Below, piece after piece: positions 32,001 through 40,435 of a stretch of 64,000 nt of DNA. Origin of the DNA: Pseudomonadota bacterium (GTDB lineage: Bacteria; Desulfobacterota; Desulfobacteria; Desulfobacterales; RPRI01). The notes below the pieces were generated by a model. It was not told the origin of the DNA. It did not search any database and was given only the letters and a program-made list of their open reading frames with translations. The stretch lies in NCBI GenBank assembly GCA_043825875.1, contig JBDRRF010000051.1, positions 32,001-96,000 on the forward strand, read 5' to 3'. Position numbers and translations under genes: made by a program. How positions within the stretch are numbered: position 1 is the first letter of the stretch; every line of letters begins with the position of its first letter.

Positions 32001-32390
32001 GGAATCCCCTTTCTTTACCCCGGCGCAACAGCAATTCCGGGTCTGTTTCTTGCGGAAACACCGGGCATCAATGTTTCAAAGCGTAAAAAAGGCTATGCAG
32101 CAGCCATCCAGGCGGCGGCAGTAATGCCAAGAGGTCCCAGGCAAAACAAGGGTTATACAATAGAAATAGATAAAGAGATTTGCAGGGGTTGTGGAAACTG
32201 TATGAATGTCTGCCCATATCAGGCAATCAGACTTAATGTAAGCGATAATAACGGATGGCATGCTACCGTGGATGAAGCATTGTGCAAAGGCTGCGGAAGC
32301 TGCATATCGGTATGCCCGTCTTCAGCAGCAGACAGCCCGTACCGTAATGAGACTTTTTTGGAACAGGCGCTTAAAGAGTTATTGGCGTAA
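29010..32390 (+). CDS. HdrL-like multidomain flavo-iron-sulfur protein (degenerate HdrA halves around a GltD/NfnB-type NAD(P)H domain)
   Basis: CTLCGQCVEVCP; CQENCP...CGRICTHPCEAACRR; GSGPSG; GDGNAA; AAGD; RCLQCGICSEC; RIGVFACKC; two C-terminal ferredoxin motifs. Confidence 0.8.
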   Translation: MKRAKDRLHRVMIIGATPAGITAANKLGELGIPVTLVDSESDIDSKLNNEKWRLNSGVPLNYAHRPGLVRIFRNPNIQCILPADIKFIKHSPQGFMVRLERHRTFIDPDKCTLCGQCVEVCPVEIPADSAQEKQSTKKAVHINSRHSLPGMPVIDKRKRPLCQENCPLGVNVQGYIALTKAGKFNEALELIRRDNVLPAVCGRICTHPCEAACRRGELDGPVAIRDIKRFVTDYQTPKYVKTGTVNAEKKTEKIAVIGSGPSGLAAAAELARMGYPVTVFEQEKMAGGLLRYGLGAHRLPRDILDKEIEYIENLGVHFKTDHLINMDSDIDKMKNDFQSIIITTGAWSDRRLGVPGEGFEGIEGCLSFLVKFYRNEAQKINGKIAVIGDGNAAFDLARTLKRINPDVTILSWFAKELIPAEPEEVKAAIDEGIIIKDSTQTIEFLGQNGTLDKLLCVPTEPGEPDENNIAWPVRIKDSTPFELKFDKVFVAIGQKGSYKNTGNNHEITAKSNGTIETDYAFRTNLSGVYAAGDTVSGPSSVVSAMATGRQVAQAVHKDICKAPGAAESMPSALQRPDNRDFDDIPKSLAFCARSAMPEQQPAERIKSFTEVALGLDESQISYETQRCLQCGICSECLQCQSVCSAIGAINHSQTHEEIIEHTGVVIIADPDIHAQVKGDDVIRAYGPKAAKQDVQDMIVRGYASAAQAMVLLRKNSRTPRGHGISFLAPDQGLSPVIRIGVFACKCNNSMGWLNDMDSYIKSLKSQSDIVHAETINSACIPDGSSHILKTIRDLGITRVVLASCVCCPLNFICSACTDQKSRLKEALFAATGVSRSMVETCNLRGEVLRLVNDHPKAATNKFIGLINRSIDRAKQLKALPALARNCNMSTAVIGESESALTSAMTLAQTGFDVFLFGSFEHPPVHPNIHIFQGATLTGLSGTIGEFQLTIQTQDFEQTIHAGAVILGEKSRKKIQYIQQKGLAGISIKSGRQKKDILGIPFLYPGATAIPGLFLAETPGINVSKRKKGYAAAIQAAAVMPRGPRQNKGYTIEIDKEICRGCGNCMNVCPYQAIRLNVSDNNGWHATVDEALCKGCGSCISVCPSSAADSPYRNETFLEQALKELLA

Positions 32391-32410
32391 AATATCGGAC
32401 TGATAATAAA

Positions 32411-33988
32411 ATGGATAACTTTAAAATAATACTTTTTTTATGTAACTGGGGTCCTCATGTGGCATTTCAGGATCTACAGGATAAAAGGGCGGATATCCCG
32501 GCGGAAATTAAAATGGTCAGGATTCCATGCATCGGAAGAATTAGCAAATCACTGCTATTTAAACCTTTTGAAATGGGAGCAGACGGCGTATTGCTGATAG
32601 GATGCAGCCCAGGTTCCTGCAGGTACGGAAGTGGAACGGACATAGCCTTACGAAACACGGAAGATACAAGACAAATCCTTGAGCTTATAGGTTTGAATAA
32701 ACAACGTCTTCAGTTAAATACATTTTTACCTGACGAACCTGAGGAATTGCTGCAATTTCTTAAAAATTTCTGTGAAGAAATCAAAGCTATAGGCCCCAGC
32801 CCGGTAACTTCCGATAAAGAAGATTTCAAAACGGATCATGCCTCCCTTGCCGAAATTATTTCAGCTCATGATATTTACGCCTGTCAGGATTGCGGGAAAT
32901 GCACATCCTCCTGCCCGCTTACATTATCGGGAAAACCTTTTTCTCCGCGTGCTATTGCGAGCTCAATCATTGCAGGAAATATCGAATCCGAATCCGTACG
33001 GGAAGGGGTCTGGTCATGTCTTACTTGCGGCCTTTGTTACGACAGATGCCCATCGGCAGTCAATTTCCCTGATTTCATTAAAGACCTTCGCATATTTTTA
33101 AAACATAAAGATATAAAGGGACATGAATCACACGGCGGTTTTTTTCAATCTTTGATGCGCACAATGACTTCACCGGCAGTAAATACCAAAAGATGGGAAA
33201 ATCTGCCGGAAGATATCCGGATTGACCCCAAAAGTACTACTCTGTTTTTTGGCGGTTGTGCCCCTTATTTTGATAAGTTTTTCAAAAACAGTCTTGGCGT
33301 CAATGTCTCAAATATCAATATGGACAGCATTCGTCTTTTGAATTTCTTTGATATAATACCTTCAGTATTGCCAAACGAGAGATGCTGCGGCCATGATCTT
33401 TTATGGACAGGAGATATAGATAATTTCAAATCCCTCGGCAAGTTAAATGTTGACGCTATTAAGAATCTCGGCATTGAACAAGTAATAACAAGTTGCCCTG
33501 AATGCTACCGCACTTTATCTTATGACTATCCCCAAAATGGAATTGATATACCATTTGAAGTCACGCATATTTATGATTTTCTCGAAACGGAAATCAGCAA
33601 AGGAGCCGTTGATTTCAAGGAAACTGGCAAAAAAATAACATTTCAGGATTCATGCCGTTTAAGCAGGTTTGCAGATCATGCGGATCTTCCCAGAAAACTT
33701 TTACAACGTCTTAAGCCTGATGTATTTACTGAAATGCATGAAACGGGAACTGCCGCCATATGCTGCGGCAATACCGGCTGGACAGGCTGTGATTCGCACA
33801 GTAAAGCTCTTCAGGTAAAAAGGCTGAGGCAGGCCAGGGCAACCGGAAGCAACCTGCTTATAACATCATGTCCTAAATGCCAGATTCACCTCAAATGTGC
33901 AATGCAAGATCCTTTTTGCGGTGATGAACTGAGCATGGATGCCATGGATCTGACCAACATTATCGCCAAAACTATATACTGGAAATAA
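32411..33988 (+). CDS. MvhD/FlpD-HdrD (CCG-domain) fusion
   Basis: N-terminal FLCNW...IPCIGR...GC.PGSCRY; two CxxCxxCxxxCP motifs; two CCG...SCPxC domains. Confidence 0.88.
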   Translation: MDNFKIILFLCNWGPHVAFQDLQDKRADIPAEIKMVRIPCIGRISKSLLFKPFEMGADGVLLIGCSPGSCRYGSGTDIALRNTEDTRQILELIGLNKQRLQLNTFLPDEPEELLQFLKNFCEEIKAIGPSPVTSDKEDFKTDHASLAEIISAHDIYACQDCGKCTSSCPLTLSGKPFSPRAIASSIIAGNIESESVREGVWSCLTCGLCYDRCPSAVNFPDFIKDLRIFLKHKDIKGHESHGGFFQSLMRTMTSPAVNTKRWENLPEDIRIDPKSTTLFFGGCAPYFDKFFKNSLGVNVSNINMDSIRLLNFFDIIPSVLPNERCCGHDLLWTGDIDNFKSLGKLNVDAIKNLGIEQVITSCPECYRTLSYDYPQNGIDIPFEVTHIYDFLETEISKGAVDFKETGKKITFQDSCRLSRFADHADLPRKLLQRLKPDVFTEMHETGTAAICCGNTGWTGCDSHSKALQVKRLRQARATGSNLLITSCPKCQIHLKCAMQDPFCGDELSMDAMDLTNIIAKTIYWK

Positions 33989-34053
33989 TATTTGCACTGC
34001 CGGATACATATAGGAAATATAAAAGTAATAAGATTTAAATATAAGGATTTAAG

Positions 34054-36495
34054 ATGAAAGCACAAACTCTTTCAGATCAATCATTGGCCCAAAAGCCTTC
34101 GGCTCGTATAGGAGTTTATATCTGCCAGTGCGGTTTAAATATCGCACAAACCGTTGATTGCAAACAGGTAGCACAATCCGCCGCAGAGCTTGAAAATGTT
34201 ATTGTGTCAAAAGATCTGGGTTATGCATGCTCAGAGCCCGGCCAGCATGAAATCATAAAAGATATTATCGAGTACGGCCTTGATCGTATAGTAATCGGTT
34301 CTTGCTCACCAAGACTTCATGAGCCTACGTTTCGCCAGATGATGCATGATGCGGGGCTGAATCCCTTTCTACTGGAAATGGCCAATCTCCGGGAGCAGTG
34401 CAGCTGGGTTCATATGAAAGAACCTGATGCGGCTACAAATAAAGCAACAGATCTTGTAAACATGTCTGTTTCCCGCGTCCGCGGACTTTTTCCTTTGTAT
34501 GAAGAAACATTGCCTCTTACAAAGCGCACCCTGATTATAGGAGGAGGCATCGCCGGTATTCAGGCAGCGCTTGATCTGGCCGATAATGGATACGATGTTG
34601 TGCTTGTTGAAAAAAAGCCGTCTATCGGCGGCACAATGGCTCAACTTGACAAGACGTTTCCCACAATGGACTGTTCCATCTGAATCCTCGGTCCCAAGAT
34701 GACGGATGCCGGTCGGCATCCACGCATAAAACTTCTTACCATGAGTGAAGTTGTCAATGTTAAAGGCTATGTCGGAAACTTTGATGTAAAAATCTTAAAA
34801 CGCGCCCGCTATGTAGATGAAAAAGAATGCACAGCCTGCGGGGATTGCGTAAAAGTCTGCCCGGTAGTACGCCCGGATGAATTCAATATGGGCTTGTCTT
34901 CACGAAAAGCTATCTATTCTCCTTTTCCACAGGCAGTTCCTTCAGCGTATGCAATTAATGTCAATGAATGCCTGGGCCATAATCCTGCGGTTTGTTCCAA
35001 ATGTGTTGATGCATGCGAAAAGAAATGTATTAATTTTCATATGTCGGATGAGGAACTTACCGAAAGTGTGGGCTCCATTATTGTCGCTACAGGGCTTGAA
35101 CCATATGATCCCACAGAACTTGACGAATACGGATACACACGGTTTGAAAACGTAGTCACCAGTCTTGAGCTTGAACGCATAATAAATGCAGGCGGCCCTG
35201 CCAAGGGAGAGCTTATAAGCCCCAAAAACCAAAAACGCCCAAAATCCATAGGATTCATTCAGTGTGTGGGATCACGTTCCGCACGAAAAGGAAACAGCTA
35301 TTGTTCAAATATCTGCTGCATGAATACTATTAAAAGCACACTGGCAATTAAAGAACATTATCCTGATATTGATATAAAAGTATTTTACATTGATATCCGC
35401 GCTTTCGGGAAAGGATTTGAAGATTTATATATAAGAAGCCGAAGGCTTGGTGTTCAGTACCTAAGAGGTCTGCCAGGCACTGTTGAAGAACGCCCCGATG
35501 GCGGCTTACATGTTGCTGTGGAAAATACGGCAAGCGGAAAACTGGAATTTCATGATCTGGATATGCTTGTGCTGGCATTAGGCATACAGCCCGCCAAGGG
35601 CACTCAAAAAATTCAGGAAATGCTCGGCCTTCAGTTATCACCCGATGGTTTTTTCCTGGAAGCACACCCCAAGCTTTTGCCGGTAGATGCCGCCACACGC
35701 GGAGTTTTTTATGCCGGATGCGCCGAATCTCCTAAAGACATAAAGGAATCCGTAACCCAGGCTTCCGCCGCTGCAGCACGGGCAATACGCCTTATGCATA
35801 AAGGCACCATAACCACGGAACCGATAACATCCGAGATAATAGAAGAACATTGCAAAGCCTGCGGAAAATGCGCACAAGTATGCCCCTATAATGCCATTAC
35901 TGTCGATGTAAAGAAAAAGACCCCGGCAGTTGTAAATTCAGCGGCCTGCGCCGGGTGCGGCACATGTGCGGCTGAATGTGCTTTCGGGGCAATCATTATG
36001 AACCATTTCACCGATGAGCAGATTACAAGCCAAATCGATGTAATGCTTGATCTAAAACCTCAAGAAAAAATTCTTACTTTCGCCTGCAACTGGTGTTCTT
36101 ATGCAGGTGCGGACTACGCAGGAGTTTCGCGACTTCAGTATCCGCCCAACAGCCGGCTTATTCGCACAATGTGTTCGGGAAGAGTTGATGAGAAATTTAT
36201 ATGGAGGGGATTTGAAAAAGGAGCGCCAATTATATTGGTAAGCGGATGCCATATAGGAGACTGTCACTATATAGACGCTAATCACTGGACAGTTAAACGG
36301 GTTGAAAAAGTCCACAAGAAAATGGAAAAACTCGGCATAAGAAAAGAACGCCTTCAGCTTGAATGGATCAGCGCTGCAGAAGGCATTCGCTTTGCCAATG
36401 TTATGAAAAAAATGGAAACACTAAGACGCAGTGTTTCTCAGGAAGAAATTGAAAAAACCATAGATATATTAAAGAATAAAAACAAGGATGATTAA
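34054..36495 (+). CDS. hdrA: HdrA-MvhD fusion, probable selenoprotein (UGA 34681-34683 = Sec, residue 210; 813 aa)
   Basis: The 209-aa and 598-aa ORFs are in frame: ...KTFPTMDCSI-UGA-ILGPKMTDAGRHP..., where HdrA has CxxC. RIGVYICQCG, SCSP, REQCSW, GGGIAG, QCVGSR, YCSNICC; C-terminal FACNWCSY/MCSGRV/GCHIGDCHY MvhD domain. Confidence 0.9.
34704..34721 (+). promoter_or_regulatory. Bacterial SECIS-like hairpin
   Basis: GGATGCC-GGTC-GGCATCC perfect 7-bp stem with a G-initiated apical loop, 27 nt 3' of the in-frame UGA. Confidence 0.8.
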
Positions 36496-36511
36496 CCGTT
36501 AATGGTTATTA

Positions 36512-36672
36512 GGTTCAGGGTTCAGGGTTCAGGGTTCAGGGTTCAAGGTTCAAGGTTCAAGGTTCAGGGTTCAAGGTTCAGGGTTCACGGTTCAAAGTTC
36601 ACGGTTCAGGGTTCAGGGTTCAAGGTTCAAGGTTCAGGGTTCAGGGTTCACGGTTCAAAGTTCACGGTTCAA
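36512..36672. repeat. Heptamer tandem repeat (GGTTCAV)x23
   Basis: 23 consecutive units GGTTCAG/GGTTCAA/GGTTCAC/AGTTCAC just after the Hdr operon. Confidence 0.95.
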
Positions 36673-36761
36673 GGTTGGTTGTGTTAAGCCTTTCACAGCT
36701 TCTTAACCGTGGACCGGTATGTTCATGATTAATATTTGCGCCAACTACATAGAAGAAGAAT

Positions 36762-37196
36762 CTAATTTTTTTTGATGATTTTTAGGTCTTTGCCGTCAGC
36801 TTTCGCAAACACAAATGAAAGGCTCCCACCTAATGCCATCATTATATAAACAGCTGCTACGCTTATCAGTATATTAAAAACAATTAAACTTATCAGATTA
36901 AAATTATATCTGAAAGGTGTTAAGAAAGTAATAACAATAACAATAGAAATTATTATACTAAGTGTTACGGCAACTTTATTTAGATGCTTCCATCTGTTAT
37001 ATTCTATCAAACATCCTGAGATACAAAATGCAATTACCCCAAGAAGAATATTAAAAATCAGAAGCACAGGTCTTGACGGATTCGGACCAAAAATAAATGG
37101 CACAGCCAAAAAACCAATGATAGCTATTACTATAAACATGATGGTATCCCTGACAACGGCAGCCCATCCTTTCAATTTTAAGATATAAAACGGCAT
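36762..37196 (-). CDS. Hypothetical 4-TM membrane protein
   Basis: 144 aa with four hydrophobic segments. Confidence 0.65.
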   Translation of the reverse strand: MPFYILKLKGWAAVVRDTIMFIVIAIIGFLAVPFIFGPNPSRPVLLIFNILLGVIAFCISGCLIEYNRWKHLNKVAVTLSIIISIVIVITFLTPFRYNFNLISLIVFNILISVAAVYIMMALGGSLSFVFAKADGKDLKIIKKN

Positions 37197-37221
37197 TTAT
37201 AACCTTTCATAGTGTTATTCT

Positions 37222-37341
37222 AAGGGTTCGGGGATTCGAGGATTCAAGGCTTCAAGTGTTCAAGTGTTTATTTTCCAATGATTTTATCAGAGCTTTTGAG
37301 CATTCCACTTGAACCCTTGACCCCTCGACCCTTGAACCCTT
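37222..37341. repeat. 8-nt-unit palindromic repeat
   Basis: AAGGGTTCGGGGATTCGAGGATTCAAGG...CACTTGAACCCTTGACCCCTCGACCCTTGAACCCTT. Confidence 0.75.
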
Positions 37342-37349
37342 TTGTCTTA

Positions 37350-37904
37350 CTACCTCGAATACAAAGCTGTCAGCGTTGCTTTTGCCAGGGCATGTTGGTT
37401 TAAATAAAATCCTACCATTGCTCCTGAAGCATTGGCATCAAGCGGCAGTTTTTCAATATCCAATGCAAATACTGTAAATATATATCTATGCGGTTTATCG
37501 CCGGCAGGAGGGCATGCGCCACCATATCCGGGCTTGCCGTAATCTGTAATACTTTGTATGCTGCCGGCAGGAGCCAAATTTAATGCCGGATCTCCGGCAT
37601 TTTCCTTAAGATTATCAACTGCCACAGGTATATTAAAAATCACCCAGTGCCACCAGCCGCTTCCTGTAGGGGCATCAGGATCATATACTGTTACTGCAAA
37701 ACTTTTTGTATCAGCCGGAGCGCCTGCCCAACTTAAAGCCGGTGATTGATTTTTTCCCGTACAGCCAAAACCCAAAAAGACCTGATCTATGGTAAGATTT
37801 TTACCGGACTCAAGCTGAGGGCTGCTTAACATAAAATCCTGAGCAAAAGAAATACTTGCAATCATTACAGCAAATATAAAAGTTAAAATAAGTTTTTTTA
37901 CCAT
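37350..37904 (-). CDS. YbhB/YbcL (PEBP, Raf kinase inhibitor-like) periplasmic protein
   Basis: Signal peptide; GCTGKNQSP, YDPDAPTGSGWWHW, GGACPP.GDKPHRY. Confidence 0.92.
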   Translation of the reverse strand: MVKKLILTFIFAVMIASISFAQDFMLSSPQLESGKNLTIDQVFLGFGCTGKNQSPALSWAGAPADTKSFAVTVYDPDAPTGSGWWHWVIFNIPVAVDNLKENAGDPALNLAPAGSIQSITDYGKPGYGGACPPAGDKPHRYIFTVFALDIEKLPLDANASGAMVGFYLNQHALAKATLTALYSR

Positions 37905-37938
37905 TTCCTTTGTCCTTTCCAAAGTATTAACATTAAAA

Positions 37939-38087
37939 AGGGGGCAAGGATTCAAGGGGTCGAGGGGTCAAGATATTGTTTTTAAGGGGTATTGGTATTA
38001 ACCGCCGAATACTTAAATCATGCTATATGCTTGGATCATATATCAGCATTTCACTTGAACCCTGGAACCCTGGGACCCTTGAACCCT
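37939..38087. repeat. 8-nt-unit palindromic repeat
   Basis: AGGGGGCAAGGATTCAAGGGGTCGAGGGGTCAAG...CACTTGAACCCTGGAACCCTGGGACCCTTGAACCCT. Confidence 0.75.
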
Positions 38088-38102
38088 CAAGTAGTATCGG
38101 CC

Positions 38103-38873
38103 TCAGCCGGTACCACTTGATTTAATTTTTCCAACAGGTGCAAGATATATGGCAAATTCATCCGTTCCGTCAACACCTAAAAGGCTATCTAATTCTTCCT
38201 GATCATAAGCTCCTATGGCGCAGGTTCCTGCATTTATGGCTTCACAGGCAAGATAAAGATTCTGGCAAACATGACCGGCATCCAACAAAATAACCCTGTG
38301 AGCCGCCAGGTAGTATCTCCACTCCATTCGGTATGGTATGGTAGTCCATACAAATGTAACAGCCCCCCTTGATACATAATTTTGCCCGAAGCAGGCATGG
38401 GTGAGTTGTTGTTCCATATATTCCATTTCGTCAAGAAACAAAAGTTCGTTTTCAACAGGCAGATAACGATAAAGTCCTTTTTTCACACCATCAACATGCA
38501 TTATAAAAAGATATGTCTCGAAACTATGGCGCGCTCCGGCAGAAGGTACTGTACGAAATGAAGGGTTCGAGCCGTCGGATTTTCTTATCCCCTGTGTAGC
38601 CCAAAGCAAAAAAGACAGTTCTTCAATACTCAATTCTTCCAAAGAATAATTCCGCCTGCTTTTCCTGGCAGATATCGCAGAAACCAGTTCTTTCTTTTTT
38701 ATCTTCTCCGGCCATTGGTCAAAAGCTTTTAATGGAATGCGGACGGAAGCGGGATTAAAAGGCTTTTCCACAGGCGGGGCAGGTATTCCCTGACTCTGAT
38801 CCGTATTTCTAAAATTAATAGACTTTCTTATAGTGTCTTTTAAAAAATATCTATACTGTTCTATTGAATTCAT
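38103..38873 (-). CDS. SagB/ThcOx-family nitroreductase-like dehydrogenase
   Basis: RKSRRNY, RTVPSAGARH, LDAGHVCQNLYL. Confidence 0.88.
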   Translation of the reverse strand: MNSIEQYRYFLKDTIRKSINFRNTDQSQGIPAPPVEKPFNPASVRIPLKAFDQWPEKIKKKELVSAISARKSRRNYSLEELSIEELSFLLWATQGIRKSDGSNPSFRTVPSAGARHSFETYLFIMHVDGVKKGLYRYLPVENELLFLDEMEYMEQQLTHACFGQNYVSRGAVTFVWTTIPYRMEWRYYLAAHRVILLDAGHVCQNLYLACEAINAGTCAIGAYDQEELDSLLGVDGTDEFAIYLAPVGKIKSSGTG

Positions 38874-38891
38874 ATGAATATATCCATCAAA

Positions 38892-39479
38892 TCAGCTTTT
38901 GATTACACATTTCCATCCGCTTTTGGCTGGTTTATGCGGTTTAAAAGATGCCCCTTCTATTGAAAGCAACTTTGATTTAGTATCAAGTCCTCCGTAAGCT
39001 GAGAATCCTCCAAGCTTTCCGCCCGCAGCCAGAACCCTATGACAGGGAATGATCAGTATGATTGGATTTTTCCCAAGTGCCTGCCCTACGGCACGGGAGG
39101 CAGAAGGACATTTTAAGGCCTTTGCAAGTTCGCCATATGTTGCCGTTTTTCCTGCCGGAATTTTTCTGGCAGCTCCAAATACCTTTTGCGCAAAGGAACT
39201 TGCTATCGGAAATTCAACGACAACATCCCGAAAATCCTGCAATTCACCATCAAGATGACTGCACACTTTTCTGATAATTTTGGTAATTGCAAGAGGAGGC
39301 AAACTTGATTTGCGCGCACAGGATTTTTCCACTATTTTACATTCCGTTAACTTTCTTGTTGCTTCAGGAAGATGAAGGCAAGTAACAGCAGGAATACTTG
39401 AAGGATCATCATCTTCAACCCAGGAAATTCCGCAAGGGCCAAGCGATGTATCAAAAATACTATATGCTGACAGCTTCAT
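38892..39479 (-). CDS. ogt: Methylated-DNA--protein-cysteine methyltransferase
   Basis: TYGELA, SRAVGQALGKNP, IIPCHRV. Confidence 0.92.
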   Translation of the reverse strand: MKLSAYSIFDTSLGPCGISWVEDDDPSSIPAVTCLHLPEATRKLTECKIVEKSCARKSSLPPLAITKIIRKVCSHLDGELQDFRDVVVEFPIASSFAQKVFGAARKIPAGKTATYGELAKALKCPSASRAVGQALGKNPIILIIPCHRVLAAGGKLGGFSAYGGLDTKSKLLSIEGASFKPHKPAKSGWKCVIKS

Positions 39480-39546
39480 TGGGATACCTCCTAACGTTGA
39501 TTAAATATGACCGTTGTATATTTTCATAAACCAAGAAAATATAATA

Positions 39547-40062
39547 TTAGCTCTCAATACCTTTTCTTGCCTGAATTCCATGCTGATAGTAATGCTTGAT
39601 TTCAACCATCTCCGTTACCAGATCAGCTTCGGCTATAACACGCGGATCGGCTCTCCTTCCTGTGATTACAAGCTCAACATCAACAGGTTTTTCATGAATA
39701 AATTTCAAAAGATCATCAACGGAAAAAAGCTTGAAATAGGTAGCGATATTGGCCTCATCAAGTATAATCAGGTTATAAATGCCGCCTGTCATGATATTAT
39801 GAACTTCTTTCAGCCCTTCACGGGCAAGCCTTATATCTTCTTCAGTGGGCGCTTGCTTGATAAAACAGTCACGCCCATACTGTTTTAGCACTATATCATC
39901 AGAAATAGTTTTCAGCGAACTTAATTCGCTATAATCCATTCCTTTTACAAATTGAGCGATGTATACCTTGAGGCCCGCACCGGCCGCCCGAAGCGCCAAA
40001 CCAATGGCTGCTGTTGTTTTTCCCTTGCCGTCTCCAGTATATACCTGAACATATCCCTTCAT
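39547..40062 (-). CDS. cobO: Cob(I)yrinic acid a,c-diamide adenosyltransferase (CobO/BtuR)
   Basis: VYTGDGKGKTTAA, QFVKG, ILDE, TGR, ADLVTEM, ARKGIE. Confidence 0.92.
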   Translation of the reverse strand: MKGYVQVYTGDGKGKTTAAIGLALRAAGAGLKVYIAQFVKGMDYSELSSLKTISDDIVLKQYGRDCFIKQAPTEEDIRLAREGLKEVHNIMTGGIYNLIILDEANIATYFKLFSVDDLLKFIHEKPVDVELVITGRRADPRVIAEADLVTEMVEIKHYYQHGIQARKGIES

Positions 40063-40163
40063 ATTAATGCCTCATTTTTTCATTATATTTGCCCCGGCAA
40101 ACAAAAATTATATAAAATCCACTTTGTTTTCCGGCTGTTTCATGGCATATTATTTTGATGCTT

Positions 40164-40305
40164 GAGCCACTTTCAAAACGTTTCAGTTTGGTCAAACTCA
40201 AGGCGGGCGAAAATTTCAACCACAGGAATACATTGAGTATTTCGAGGATTGAAATTTGAGCCCAACGCAGAGATCGGCCAAAATGGGGCGTTTTGAAACT
40301 GGCTT
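40164..40305. repeat. 142-bp palindromic element, copy 3
   Basis: GAGCCACTTTCAAAACG...CGTTTTGAAACTGGCTT. Confidence 0.9.
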
Positions 40306-40435
40306 GATTGATTTAATATATCATAAATATTGATAGATGTAACTATTTTCATCATCCGTTGATATCAGGTCTTACCAAAAAGGCTGAGCATTTATACCGG
40401 ATTTAACACAAATGAATAATTAAAGGAGCAAACAT

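Noticed and set aside
34681..34683. hdrA as a nonsense pseudogene or two genes
   Set aside because: The in-frame UGA at a conserved Cys plus a SECIS-like hairpin favours selenocysteine readthrough.
36502..36687. 61-aa ORF (FRVQGS repeats) or a CRISPR array
   Set aside because: It is the translation of a heptamer tandem repeat; there are no unique spacers and no cas genes.
38103..38873. RiPP (azole) cluster around the SagB-like gene
   Set aside because: No YcaO cyclodehydratase or precursor peptide nearby; stand-alone homologs are common in anaerobes.
39488..39513. attC-like CCTAACGTTG upstream of ogt
   Set aside because: A single core overlapping the RBS, with no partner arm.
40173..40355. 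Small ORFs overlapping the 142-bp repeats (also 58375-58560)
   Set aside because: They are translations of the repeat itself, with no RBS or family motif.
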